Positions 1 to 8,358 of a stretch of 32,000 nucleotides of DNA are shown piece by piece. The notes beneath the pieces are model-generated. The model was not told the origin of the DNA, searched no databases, and saw nothing but the letters and a program-made list of their open reading frames with translations. Position 1 is the stretch's first letter. Every line of letters starts with the position of its first letter. Where the stretch lies: positions 206,132-238,131 of the forward strand of contig JAQTTP010000001.1 in NCBI GenBank assembly GCA_028710695.1, written 5' to 3'. This stretch comes from Candidatus Iainarchaeum sp. Its GTDB lineage: Archaea; Iainarchaeota; Iainarchaeia; Iainarchaeales; 0-14-0-20-30-16. Made by a program: the position numbers and the translations under genes.

Positions 1-439
1 CCTCACGAAACCCTACTCCTGGGCGGGCAGAAAGAGAAAAGTTTTGTCTTAGTTCGATTATTTCTGAATGGGGAAATAAATACCGCATAGACATTTCTGC
101 GCTATACATACAAATTTCTTTATAATGCCCAGCAACTAGAACTTTATTTGGTTTTATTTGGTGCTGTTCTAATAAGTCTCTTATTTTTGTAGTCCATCCT
201 CCATTGCCAAGAATTTGAATTGGAACTGGGGCTCTGATTTTATCAATAATTTCTTTTGGTGCCTCAGAACTACTATATCCAAAAAGAACAGGCAAGTTAT
301 GTCTGTTTGCAAATCTAATAAGAGCAAGCATTTTATTGTTGTGATTCTCTATTGCTTTTTTAGTTGCTTTGCTTGGCTCCTCTGCATTCCACCATCTTGC
401 AGGAGAATGAACAATAAATATTATTGGCCCAGAGTACAT
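1..439 (-). CDS. Family-A conserved hypothetical alpha/beta protein, paralogue 3 (N-terminus complete, C-terminus runs off the left window edge)
   Basis: Minus-strand frame is open from position 1 to the ATG at 437-439. Hand translation: MYSGPIIFIVHSPARWWNAEEPSKATKKAIENHNNKMLALIRFANRHNLPVLFGYSS...VLVAGHYKEICMYSAEMSMRYLFPHSEIIELRQNFS. AAGGTGA SD-like box 5 nt upstream. It is absent from the ORF track, probably because its stop lies outside the window. Shares GP(V/I)IFIVHSP, the helix + PV(L/I)FG strand and the G(H/W)Y(R/K)E(I/W)C motif with 444..974 and 1722..2306. Confidence 0.6.
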   Translation of the reverse strand, partial: MYSGPIIFIVHSPARWWNAEEPSKATKKAIENHNNKMLALIRFANRHNLPVLFGYSSSEAPKEIIDKIRAPVPIQILGNGGWTTKIRDLLEQHQIKPNKVLVAGHYKEICMYSAEMSMRYLFPHSEIIELRQNFSLSARPGVGFRE

Positions 440-443
440 ATAT

Positions 444-974
444 TCACCTTAAAACCTCTCTTGTTAATGGTCTTCTTGAAACTCCTAATGAGTCCTTAGT
501 TCTTCGTTCTTTTTCTAAAGTTTCTTTACACATTATTCCACGGCCAACCATGTGGTGTACAGTATAATTTCCGTTTAGTTCTATTATTCTTGTGTGTGGG
601 AATAATTGTCTTAAATCTTCCTCAACATTTTTTACGCACCATTCCCTATAATGCCCCCCAACAATAAATTTAGTAGGGGTTATATTGTGCTCTTCAAATT
701 TTCGTTTTATTTCTTCCTTCCAGAGGTATGCAGATAAAGATAAATCAACAGGAATTGCGTCTTTAACTAAATCTCTGAACCATGGAACTTTTTGAATTCC
801 ATAACCATAAACTAATAGAATTTTTCTTTTTTTTGCAAGAGCGATTAATTTTAAAATTAGTTTACTGTGTGAGAGCTTTGCTGTTCTTTCGGATTCTGTA
901 TTTCGCCAAAGATCATCATTGTCTGCAACAAGCGGGGAATGTACTATGAAGATTACTGGGCCAGTATAAGCCAT
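444..974 (-). CDS. Family-A conserved hypothetical alpha/beta protein, paralogue 1 (possible divergent isochorismatase-like cysteine-hydrolase fold)
   Basis: 176-aa ORF. AAGGAG SD 7 nt upstream of the ATG at 974, embedded in the end of the upstream gene (1-nt gap). N-terminus MAYTGPVIFIVHSP. The segment EHNITPTKFIVGGHYREWCVKNVEEDLRQLFPHTRIIELNG resembles the helix-strand-G-x-x-x-x-CV nucleophile-elbow region of isochorismatase-family hydrolases. Basic C-terminal tail. Confidence 0.7.
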   Translation of the reverse strand: MAYTGPVIFIVHSPLVADNDDLWRNTESERTAKLSHSKLILKLIALAKKRKILLVYGYGIQKVPWFRDLVKDAIPVDLSLSAYLWKEEIKRKFEEHNITPTKFIVGGHYREWCVKNVEEDLRQLFPHTRIIELNGNYTVHHMVGRGIMCKETLEKERRTKDSLGVSRRPLTREVLR

Positions 975-975
975 G

Positions 976-1668
976 CTATCTCCTTCTAAGGTGTGGAAGG
1001 AATGGCGTGCCTTCTGCCCTCTTTACTGGTATTTCAATGAAGTTTCTTGGCCTCTCTTCTCTTGGTGCAGTTTGGCGTCTTGGAACTGGCAGTTCTCTTT
1101 CTACTGTTCTTCTTCCTTCTATTACTGCCCTTGCAAACGGGTATCCACCGTAATTTGCCTGTCTTCTGATTATGTGGCTTTGTATGTGGCGCTTTGGAAT
1201 ACTTGTTCTATTTGCAATTCTTACTGCTAATAAGTCAGCAAATAGCTCGTCAGCCATATGGTATGGCAATCCAATTCTTTTAGTATATCTGTATGCTGTT
1301 GTTGGTAATACTATATGTGAATATTCGTGTAATAAGGTCATAACTCCAGCAGGGTTTAAGTTGTTTCCTTTAAATAAGTGCTCAGATGGAACTCTAATTG
1401 CGGATTCAAGGTGTGGAACTCTCATTCCATTTGATTCTTCTATGAAAGATCTTTTTACATTTTCTCCAAATGTAACTCCAGATTCATTAGCAGAAAGATA
1501 GTGCCCTTCTCTGAAATGTATTGGAAGCAGAACAACATTCCTCAAGACGTGACCAAGCATAAGCCTTATGTGTGGGTTTGCTTCGCGATCGTACATTTTT
1601 CTTAGAGAAGTGGCAAGCCTTACTCTAAAAACATTAAAATTCGTAATCTGTTGAGAAGTTAATACCAT
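976..1668 (-). CDS. Arg-rich HExxH zinc-metalloprotease-like protein (gluzincin-type; possibly ImmA/IrrE-like)
   Basis: 230-aa ORF with LLHEYSHIV (HExxH) followed about 27 aa later by ADELFADLLA (candidate third-ligand Glu helix). Very Arg-rich C-terminal third (RRQANYGG...GRRTVERELPVPRRQTAPREERPRN...HLRRR). A-rich TATA-like box about 25-33 nt upstream of the ATG. Confidence 0.65.
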   Translation of the reverse strand: MVLTSQQITNFNVFRVRLATSLRKMYDREANPHIRLMLGHVLRNVVLLPIHFREGHYLSANESGVTFGENVKRSFIEESNGMRVPHLESAIRVPSEHLFKGNNLNPAGVMTLLHEYSHIVLPTTAYRYTKRIGLPYHMADELFADLLAVRIANRTSIPKRHIQSHIIRRQANYGGYPFARAVIEGRRTVERELPVPRRQTAPREERPRNFIEIPVKRAEGTPFLPHLRRR

Positions 1669-1721
1669 GTAGATAAAAGGAAAAGAAGGTATTTATTTTT
1701 TGCTATTTTATGTGTGCAAAA

Positions 1722-2306
1722 TTATTTTAATATTTTTCTTGCTAGAACTGCTCTTCTTATTCCTAATTTTTGTCTTTCTTCCGTATGCTTTTTTTTCAAA
1801 TCACAAAAATGGCGGTTAGTTTCAACTTTAGAATAAGAAGAATGCCCCCTGAGCTCAACAATTTGTGATTTTGGAAATAACTTCCTTAATATTTTTTGAA
1901 CTCTTTCCATGCAAATTTCTCTATACCATCCGCCCATAATTATCTTTGATGGCCTTATTTCGTGTTGTTCAATTGCGGATAAAATATTTCTTTCCCATTC
2001 TACGTTCAAATGATTCTCAGGATTAGGCGAAAAGTCCAATGCATACTTCATTTCTTGGAGCTCTGTAATTATTGGTTTGTTGCAAGAACCGATAAGTGTT
2101 TTATGTCTTTGTCCATCTCGAAATTCCCATCTTGAGAATTGATAATAATCTCCAACCCCGAAGATAACTGGAATATTGTATTTATTTGCAAATTCAACAA
2201 GTCGAAACATTCTTTTTTCGTGTTCTAATTCTCCTCTTGTGACTGTTCTAGAAGTGGGGGGTAATGGAGAATGAACAATAAAGATAACCGGGCCAGTATA
2301 GACCAT
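1722..2306 (-). CDS. Family-A conserved hypothetical alpha/beta protein, paralogue 2
   Basis: 194-aa ORF with AAGGAG SD upstream. MVYTGPVIFIVHSP N-terminus, MFRLVEFANKYNIPVIFGVG, EIRPSKIIMGGWYREICMERVQKILRKLFPKSQIVELRG. Basic tail LGIRRAVLARKILK resembles the tail of 444..974. Confidence 0.7.
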   Translation of the reverse strand: MVYTGPVIFIVHSPLPPTSRTVTRGELEHEKRMFRLVEFANKYNIPVIFGVGDYYQFSRWEFRDGQRHKTLIGSCNKPIITELQEMKYALDFSPNPENHLNVEWERNILSAIEQHEIRPSKIIMGGWYREICMERVQKILRKLFPKSQIVELRGHSSYSKVETNRHFCDLKKKHTEERQKLGIRRAVLARKILK

Positions 2307-2316
2307 ATCATTCTCC

Positions 2317-3351
2317 TTACTTTACATATGCAAATACCTGTACTATTTCTCCCCTATACAAATATCCTGAAATTGTAAATCGTGTTGGGATTTCTGGATT
2401 TAGATCATAAGGTACAATAACATCAACATTTTGGTCGTAAGTGTATGTTTGACTATTATAATCAATAGAATTTACAAATATTTTTCCAGATTTTGTTGCT
2501 TTGAAGCTATTATAATCTTGTAAGAATAACCCTACTTTATCATTAGCTTCTGTTGTTGTGATTTTTGTATAATTTATATTGTTGTCTGGAATTATTTCAT
2601 AATTATAGTCTGAAAAATAAGTTTTTACTAAATCTTCTGAAACATTTACATCTGGTGCGTAAATATTTGTTTCTAGGCTTAGATCCAAGATGTCTACATC
2701 TTTTTCATTTGAAAATAAAATTGGCTGCGCGCTGAAGTTGTATACTTCATAAGCAAATATTTGTATTGGGATGCCTTTTTGTAACATTACTTCAAATCTT
2801 GCTGTTATACTGTCATTTTCTAGTGTGCTTGTCTCGGTAATTATTTTTAATTCAGTATATCCCAAGTCATAATCTAAAGTTTTATTTGAATCTTTTGCAA
2901 CCATATGTATTGGATTTGTAAAAGACAGAATTTGTGTTGGGTAAAGCTGATAAGTTTCAAAAGTGTTGTTTAATGATTCTATAAAATTCATGTCATATTC
3001 TTTTTCTTTTAATTTTATATTTGCAACATAAGCAATCTTGCTGTTTTCAGTGTTATAGTTGCTAGAAATAATGTATTTTACTAAGCTTAAATCTCTTATG
3101 CTATTGTCTAATTTTGTTATATCAAGTTCGTTTGTGTCTGCAATTATTAGTATTTCGTCAGATCTTTCTTTTATAATTCCGTTTAGATCCGCATAATATG
3201 CCTCTTTTATGTCTGGCTCTTTATAATCAACCGTGGGTAAAGCATCGCTGTCCTCTTTGTCTCCCCAACCAATAAAAGAAACACCAATTACTGATGCAAG
3301 CATAATAACAATAACAAAAATACTCAAAATCTGTGCAGTAGTTACTTTCAT
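2317..3351 (-). CDS. N-terminally membrane-anchored protein with a large extracytoplasmic domain, unknown function
   Basis: 344-aa ORF. One N-terminal hydrophobic helix (AQILSIFVIVIMLASVIGVSFIGW), then an N/D/Y/I-rich, probably beta-rich domain. 10-nt gap to the downstream family-A gene on the same strand. Confidence 0.6.
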   Translation of the reverse strand: MKVTTAQILSIFVIVIMLASVIGVSFIGWGDKEDSDALPTVDYKEPDIKEAYYADLNGIIKERSDEILIIADTNELDITKLDNSIRDLSLVKYIISSNYNTENSKIAYVANIKLKEKEYDMNFIESLNNTFETYQLYPTQILSFTNPIHMVAKDSNKTLDYDLGYTELKIITETSTLENDSITARFEVMLQKGIPIQIFAYEVYNFSAQPILFSNEKDVDILDLSLETNIYAPDVNVSEDLVKTYFSDYNYEIIPDNNINYTKITTTEANDKVGLFLQDYNSFKATKSGKIFVNSIDYNSQTYTYDQNVDVIVPYDLNPEIPTRFTISGYLYRGEIVQVFAYVK

Positions 3352-3448
3352 AATAAAATCACCAAATTAGCCTTATTTAATCTATAATTGTGAAATGTAT
3401 TTAAAGCTTAACTCGCTTTTTTATATGATTTTTATGCAGTTAAAGAAT

Positions 3449-4003
3449 ATGAATATTATAATTTGTGGGCTGGTTGCAACAGGAAAGTCTTCTTTAGCAA
3501 GAAAAATTGCAAAAGACTTCAAAATGGATTATATTTCAAGTTCTACTATTTTGAAAGGGGATATGGGCTTTAATTATGTAAAGGAGAAGGCATTTTGGGA
3601 CAAAAAAGGGCTTTCTTTGTTTAAGGATAGAGAAAAAAAAGATTTTGACAAGAAAGTGGACAAATTACAGTTAGGGCTTGCAAAAGAAGGTGGAAAGGTA
3701 TTTGATACTTGGGCATTGGGCTGGCTTTACAAAGGAAAGGCAATAAAGGTTCTTCTTTTTGCATCTGATTCAGTGCGTATTAGTAGGTTAATGGGTAGAG
3801 ATAAAATAACTAAAGCGGAAGCATTAAAGGCAATGAAGGAAAGAGATACAAAGAATGAAAAGTTATTTAGGCGGCTGTATGGAATTGAGGTAACAAAGGA
3901 TCGGAGCCCGTTTGATCTTATTGTGAACACAGATTATTTGACCGAAGAAGAAGTACATAAAATGTTGAAGACTTATTTGTCTAAAGCTTTGAAAACATTG
4001 TGA
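3449..4003 (+). CDS. cmk: Archaeal-type cytidylate kinase-like P-loop NMP kinase
   Basis: P-loop MNIIICGLVATGKSSLARKIAK right at the N-terminus, if the internal ATG at 3449 is used. A TTTTTATATG TATA-like box sits about 25 nt upstream. C-terminal RISRLMGRD...ERDTKNEKLFRRLYGIEV...SPFDLIVNTDYL matches the archaeal Cmk pattern. The track ORF starts at 3395 with an implausible hydrophobic extension. Confidence 0.6.
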   Translation: MNIIICGLVATGKSSLARKIAKDFKMDYISSSTILKGDMGFNYVKEKAFWDKKGLSLFKDREKKDFDKKVDKLQLGLAKEGGKVFDTWALGWLYKGKAIKVLLFASDSVRISRLMGRDKITKAEALKAMKERDTKNEKLFRRLYGIEVTKDRSPFDLIVNTDYLTEEEVHKMLKTYLSKALKTL

Positions 4004-4641
4004 TGTTTATGGCGTATTTTGTAAAGTCTTTTGAAAAAGATTTTGTTTTGAAAACAATAAAAGACAAAAAGAAAGTTGATTTCCAAACTGTAGATAATGT
4101 TTTGACCACTAAAGCCCTGTTGCCAAATACTTTGAGCTTTGGAAAGACAAAAAGATTGGCTTGTAGTTATATTGATAAAAATTACCTGAAAACTTATAGG
4201 TCACAAGGATTGATATTTGAAACAAAACAAAAACCAGACCAAGTTTATCCATTTGATCTTGTGGTTCTAACTAATGCAAATAAATTAGTTGTGCAATATT
4301 ATAGAATTGAAAATAATTTGCATGAATATTATGGGCACGAATTGCTGTCCGGATTTGAAAAGTTTATGTTTGGAGACCCACAAACAATGATTAAAAAAAT
4401 AATTTCTCCAAAGAATGCTTTAGAACTAGTAAATGCTTTTAGAAAAAAGCATGGATTTAAGCTCTTAAGTAAAGCACAATTTAAGCTTGTAGAATATAAT
4501 GAAATGATTTTTAATAAGCCAATAAACATAAAGCCAGTTGCAATATGTGGGTATACAAAATTATCAAAAGAAATTGCAAAGAAATATTCCTTGCCGCATT
4601 TTAGAAATGTAAAAGAGTTTTATAATAAAACTAGCAAGTAG
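4000..4641 (+). CDS. Hypothetical protein
   Basis: 213-aa ORF whose start (GTGATG) overlaps the cmk stop, suggesting translational coupling. I recognise no motif. Confidence 0.5.
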   Translation: MMFMAYFVKSFEKDFVLKTIKDKKKVDFQTVDNVLTTKALLPNTLSFGKTKRLACSYIDKNYLKTYRSQGLIFETKQKPDQVYPFDLVVLTNANKLVVQYYRIENNLHEYYGHELLSGFEKFMFGDPQTMIKKIISPKNALELVNAFRKKHGFKLLSKAQFKLVEYNEMIFNKPINIKPVAICGYTKLSKEIAKKYSLPHFRNVKEFYNKTSK

Positions 4642-4692
4642 GGCAAGAATAAATTGGGCTTATAGGGTCAGGACAGCGTTAGTTAAGTCGCT

Positions 4693-7494
4693 TTAGCTGA
4701 TCAATTCCTTGGTTACACCAATAATACTTGTTCCTCTTGTGTTCTTGGTTATTCCTAGAACATAGTCACAAAGCTTGATTGTTTCTGTATTGTGAGAAAT
4801 AATTAGAATCTGTGTGGTCTTTGAAAGCTCTTTGATTAGTTTTACTACTTTGTCTGTGTTTTGATAATCTAATGCGGCATCTATTTCATCAAGTAAATAA
4901 AAGCTTGCCGGTTTGTGCTGTAAAATTGCTAATATAAACGCAATTGATACAAGGGCTTTTTCTCCACCCGATAGGCTTTGTAAATTTTTCTTTGATTTTT
5001 TGCTTGAGATTGTGATTTTTACTCCAGCTAAATCTAGATCTTTGTCAGTTAAAACTAAATCTCCAGTTCCAAGTCCAAGTTCAGAAACGTTTTTTATAAA
5101 AATTTCTTTTATTGAGTTGAAATTAGACATAAATGTGGTAGTTTTTTCTAGAATTATTTTATCTAATAGTTCAGAAACTTTTGATTTTTCTTCTTCTAGC
5201 TTTTTGATTTTTTCCTCAATTTCTGAAACTTCTTTTAATAAATTATTGTAATCTTCAATTGCTTTGTGGTTTACTGGGCCCAGGGTGTTGATTTGCTCTT
5301 CTGCCGTATTTAATTCTGCTTTTAAAAGGTGTAATGCTTTGCTTGCTTCTTTTGTGTGGGCCTCAATAATGAATCCTTTGTTATTTCTTACAAAGCTTTC
5401 AATTTCTTCTTCATGTTCTTTTAGTAATTGTGTTTTTGACTTTGTCTCAGATTCTCCAATTTCAATGTGATTTTTGTTTATTATTATATTGCTCTTTAAT
5501 TCTGCTATTTTTTTGTTATTAGTCTGAATTAATTCTTCTAAACTTTGCTTTTTTTGTTTTATTTTTTCATGCCTTGCTTTTTCAGAATTTAAGCTTGCCT
5601 TTTCTTCGACTAACTCTGAATTTAGAGAATTAATTTTCTCTTTTATTTTTAATTCTTCTTTGTTTTTTTCCTCAATTTGTTTTTCTATTTTTTTAATTTC
5701 TTTTTTATGAACATCAATTAGTTCTGTTTTGTATTTTATTTCTTCTTTTATTTTTTCGATTTCAATTTTCTTATTATTTATTTCTTCTTGCATTTTTTGT
5801 TGTTGTTTTACTGTGTTCAATTCTTTTTTTACTTTTTCAATTTCTGTAAGTATATTTTTTCTTTTATTTAGAATTGATGTTATTGAAGAATTATATTCTT
5901 CTATTTTTCTTTTTCTTTCTTCATTGATTTTTGAAATTAATGCCTCTTTTTCTTGTTCTTTTATTTCTAAATCTTGCTTGATCTTTTCAATTTTTTTATT
6001 TGATTCTTCTATTTTTGCATCTATTTCAGAGAGAATATCTTCGGGGCTTAAAGTAGTAATATATAGTTTTCCAGATTTTTTTGTATTTTCTAATTCACAG
6101 TCTTCAAGTTCAGAATCTTCTAATGCGAATACAAAAGTACCAAACCTGTTTTGGGAATATAATTCGTCAACGCGGGCTTGAATTTCTGTCTCGTCTTTAA
6201 TAAAAATAACATTTTCTTCTTCAACATAATTGTTCTCAATTGTGCTTCTCTCAATCTCTAGATTTTTTATTTCTGCTTCTACAACTTTTATTTCCTCTCT
6301 TATTGAATCAGATTCCTTTATTTTATCTAATAGTTCTTGTGGGTTTTTTTCTAAATCGCTTATTTTTTGCTTATTGATTTGTAATTCATTATCAAATTGA
6401 TTTAATTCTCTGTCATAATTGCAAACAGTAAATTGTTTAACTTCTGGTACCTCAATTGCATTTCGTAAAAATTCCTGTAATTCAGAAATCCTTTTTTCTA
6501 AGCCTTCATTTTTTTTGTGGATTCCTAAGATCTCTTGGTTCTTTGAATCTATATCAGAATTTAGATATTTTATTTCTCTTTCTAATTTGTGTAATTCTCT
6601 TTCTTCGTTTTGTACAGTAAGTTCTTTTTTTGTAACTTGTTCTTTAATTTTTTCAAATACTTTGAACTCAGAATCAAAATCTTTTGCAATGTTTTTTAGT
6701 TCTAATTCAGATTCCTCTGTTTCTGATTTTAATTTAACGAGCTCTTTTTCAAAAATAGCAATTTCTTTTGTACAAGTTTCAATCTTTTCTGCTAATTTTG
6801 CTAGCTCTCTTTCAGTATGTTCTTTTTGTTTTTTAAGAATAATTGCTTTTGTAGTTGTTTTTTTATTGTTTAGTTCTATGTATCTTTCTGCTGTTTCTTT
6901 TTGAGTTCTTAGATTTGTCAACCATTCATCCTTTTCTCTTAATGCAATATTTATTTTTTCAACATTTACATTAACAGATTCTAGATTTTTTTTAGATAAG
7001 TCTAATCTATCTTGGAACTTTTCAATATCTGAAATTTCATCAATAATCTTTTTTCGTTCTAAGTCTGTAGCTTCGGTAATCTTTTTTATTTTGTCTTGTA
7101 AAATAAAATTGTGACCATCAGGGTAGATGTTATAATTTGAAAGCATTGAAACTATTGATTCTAAAGTTGTTCTACTTCCATTTAGTCGGAAAACAGAGCC
7201 TTTTTCTGAAACTTCTCTTGAGATTTTGTATGTTTCATTTTTCTTTTCGTCTTCTAAAGTAATTGATACTTTTGCGACTTTAGTATCTGATGCTTTGTTT
7301 ATTAATTCTTCAATATTAGCATAACGTAATTTTTTTTGAGATGTGTTTCCTAAAGCAAATATAATTGCATCAAAGAAGTTGCTTTTTCCACAACCATTTG
7401 GGCCAACAACAGCAGTTAAGCCGTCTTTGAGTTTTGCATCAAGGGTTCTGAAGGATTTAAAATCTTCAATGTTTAGCTCCCTTAATTTTAGCAT
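4693..7494 (-). CDS. smc: SMC-family chromosome-segregation ATPase with an unusually short central (hinge) region
   Basis: N-terminal FKSF...GLTAVVGPNGCGKSNFFDAIIFALG (Walker A). C-terminal LSGGEKALVSIAFILAILQHKPASFYLLDEIDAALD (signature + Walker B) and QILIISHN (D-loop/H-loop region). Long K/E-rich heptad coiled coils lie between. Only 933 aa. Confidence 0.85.
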   Translation of the reverse strand: MLKLRELNIEDFKSFRTLDAKLKDGLTAVVGPNGCGKSNFFDAIIFALGNTSQKKLRYANIEELINKASDTKVAKVSITLEDEKKNETYKISREVSEKGSVFRLNGSRTTLESIVSMLSNYNIYPDGHNFILQDKIKKITEATDLERKKIIDEISDIEKFQDRLDLSKKNLESVNVNVEKINIALREKDEWLTNLRTQKETAERYIELNNKKTTTKAIILKKQKEHTERELAKLAEKIETCTKEIAIFEKELVKLKSETEESELELKNIAKDFDSEFKVFEKIKEQVTKKELTVQNEERELHKLEREIKYLNSDIDSKNQEILGIHKKNEGLEKRISELQEFLRNAIEVPEVKQFTVCNYDRELNQFDNELQINKQKISDLEKNPQELLDKIKESDSIREEIKVVEAEIKNLEIERSTIENNYVEEENVIFIKDETEIQARVDELYSQNRFGTFVFALEDSELEDCELENTKKSGKLYITTLSPEDILSEIDAKIEESNKKIEKIKQDLEIKEQEKEALISKINEERKRKIEEYNSSITSILNKRKNILTEIEKVKKELNTVKQQQKMQEEINNKKIEIEKIKEEIKYKTELIDVHKKEIKKIEKQIEEKNKEELKIKEKINSLNSELVEEKASLNSEKARHEKIKQKKQSLEELIQTNNKKIAELKSNIIINKNHIEIGESETKSKTQLLKEHEEEIESFVRNNKGFIIEAHTKEASKALHLLKAELNTAEEQINTLGPVNHKAIEDYNNLLKEVSEIEEKIKKLEEEKSKVSELLDKIILEKTTTFMSNFNSIKEIFIKNVSELGLGTGDLVLTDKDLDLAGVKITISSKKSKKNLQSLSGGEKALVSIAFILAILQHKPASFYLLDEIDAALDYQNTDKVVKLIKELSKTTQILIISHNTETIKLCDYVLGITKNTRGTSIIGVTKELIS

Positions 7495-7526
7495 TTTTTC
7501 ACACTCACATCATGGTTCTTTTACTA

Positions 7527-8246
7527 TTAGTATTTGTGATACATAGTCATTAAAAACCAAGTCCCAACTATTGTGGCTAAAATGATTCCAATAATATAAT
7601 ATCCATAAAGGGGCAAGCCATAACTATATAGGGTTGTGAGTAGAGCATCAACAATATGTACTAATGCAAAGAATAGGATTAAAAGTAATAAAATGCGAGG
7701 GCTTTTTCCTTTTATTTTTTCCTTGGAATTCAGCCATGATTCTCTAAAAGAAGTGGAGTCTAAAACAAGATTTGGAACTAAATAAAAAAGCCTAATTGCA
7801 AGGAAGATTAGTATTATAATTTCAATAATGCCTACTGTGATATAAAGCCAGGTGCTGAAGCTAGCAACCATATTGATCAAAGCAAGAACAATTGATAAAA
7901 TAAAGATAAAACAAAATAGCCCAACTACTCTCCAATAATTTGAAAATGGATTCTTTTTTTCGAAAATATTGTAGGTAATTGTTGGCGCTAAAGAACTAAT
8001 TAAAATGAATACTATTGTACATAACAAAAGTATTATAATATCCCACGGATTTATAGCCAAATAATAACCAAAAGCAGAGAAAATATTTGTCTGGTTTCCA
8101 ATCATTATGAAAATAAGATTTTCCACTATATTGTAGATAAAATACCCTTGTATAAGGGCCAGAGCAGTAACTATTACAGCGTTTATAAGTAAAGCCTTCC
8201 AATTCTTGAATGCATCCGTAAGTCCGTTAATAAAAGAATTTTCCAT
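7527..8246 (-). CDS. Polytopic integral membrane protein, unknown function
   Basis: 239-aa ORF with about 6 hydrophobic helices (e.g. ALLINAVIVTALALIQGYFIY, IIILLLCTIVFILISSLAP, VGLFCFIFILSIVLALINMV, ITVGIIEIIILIFLAIRLFYLV, ILLLLILFFALVHIV, YYIIGIILATIVGTWFLM). Confidence 0.6.
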   Translation of the reverse strand: MENSFINGLTDAFKNWKALLINAVIVTALALIQGYFIYNIVENLIFIMIGNQTNIFSAFGYYLAINPWDIIILLLCTIVFILISSLAPTITYNIFEKKNPFSNYWRVVGLFCFIFILSIVLALINMVASFSTWLYITVGIIEIIILIFLAIRLFYLVPNLVLDSTSFRESWLNSKEKIKGKSPRILLLLILFFALVHIVDALLTTLYSYGLPLYGYYIIGIILATIVGTWFLMTMYHKY

Positions 8247-8358
8247 ATCTACACCTAAAAATACCCAGAAAACGTATAAAATAAACAGATTAGACTTATA
8301 AATGTATAGCCTGAATAAATATTGTATAACTTATTATTGATTATTGAAGGTGAGCAAA

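Noticed and set aside
215-1501. + strand ORFs 215-499, 973-1230 and 1172-1501
   Set aside because: They are antisense to the family-A and HExxH genes, whose minus-strand frames have paralogue support, SD boxes and motifs. The translations are Cys/Phe/Trp-rich shadow ORFs.
3395-3448. The N-terminal extension of the cmk-like ORF (MYLKLNSLFYMIFMQLKN)
   Set aside because: It would bury the P-loop 18 residues in and overlaps the TATA-like box. The ATG at 3449 places the Walker A strand at the N-terminus, as in NMP kinases.
5480-6000. Highly periodic T/A-rich DNA that at first glance looks like tandem repeats or a CRISPR-like array
   Set aside because: There are no exact repeat units or unique spacers. 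The periodicity comes from heptad-repeat coiled-coil coding (AAA/GAA-rich codons) inside the SMC ORF.
4913-6904. Four sizeable + strand ORFs (4913-5251, 5264-5470, 5729-6181, 6419-6904) antisense to the SMC gene
   Set aside because: Their translations are low-complexity Ser/Phe/Ile/Leu strings, which is the mirror image of the K/E/L-rich coiled-coil codons on the minus strand. There are no start-site signals, and the SMC frame has unambiguous motifs.
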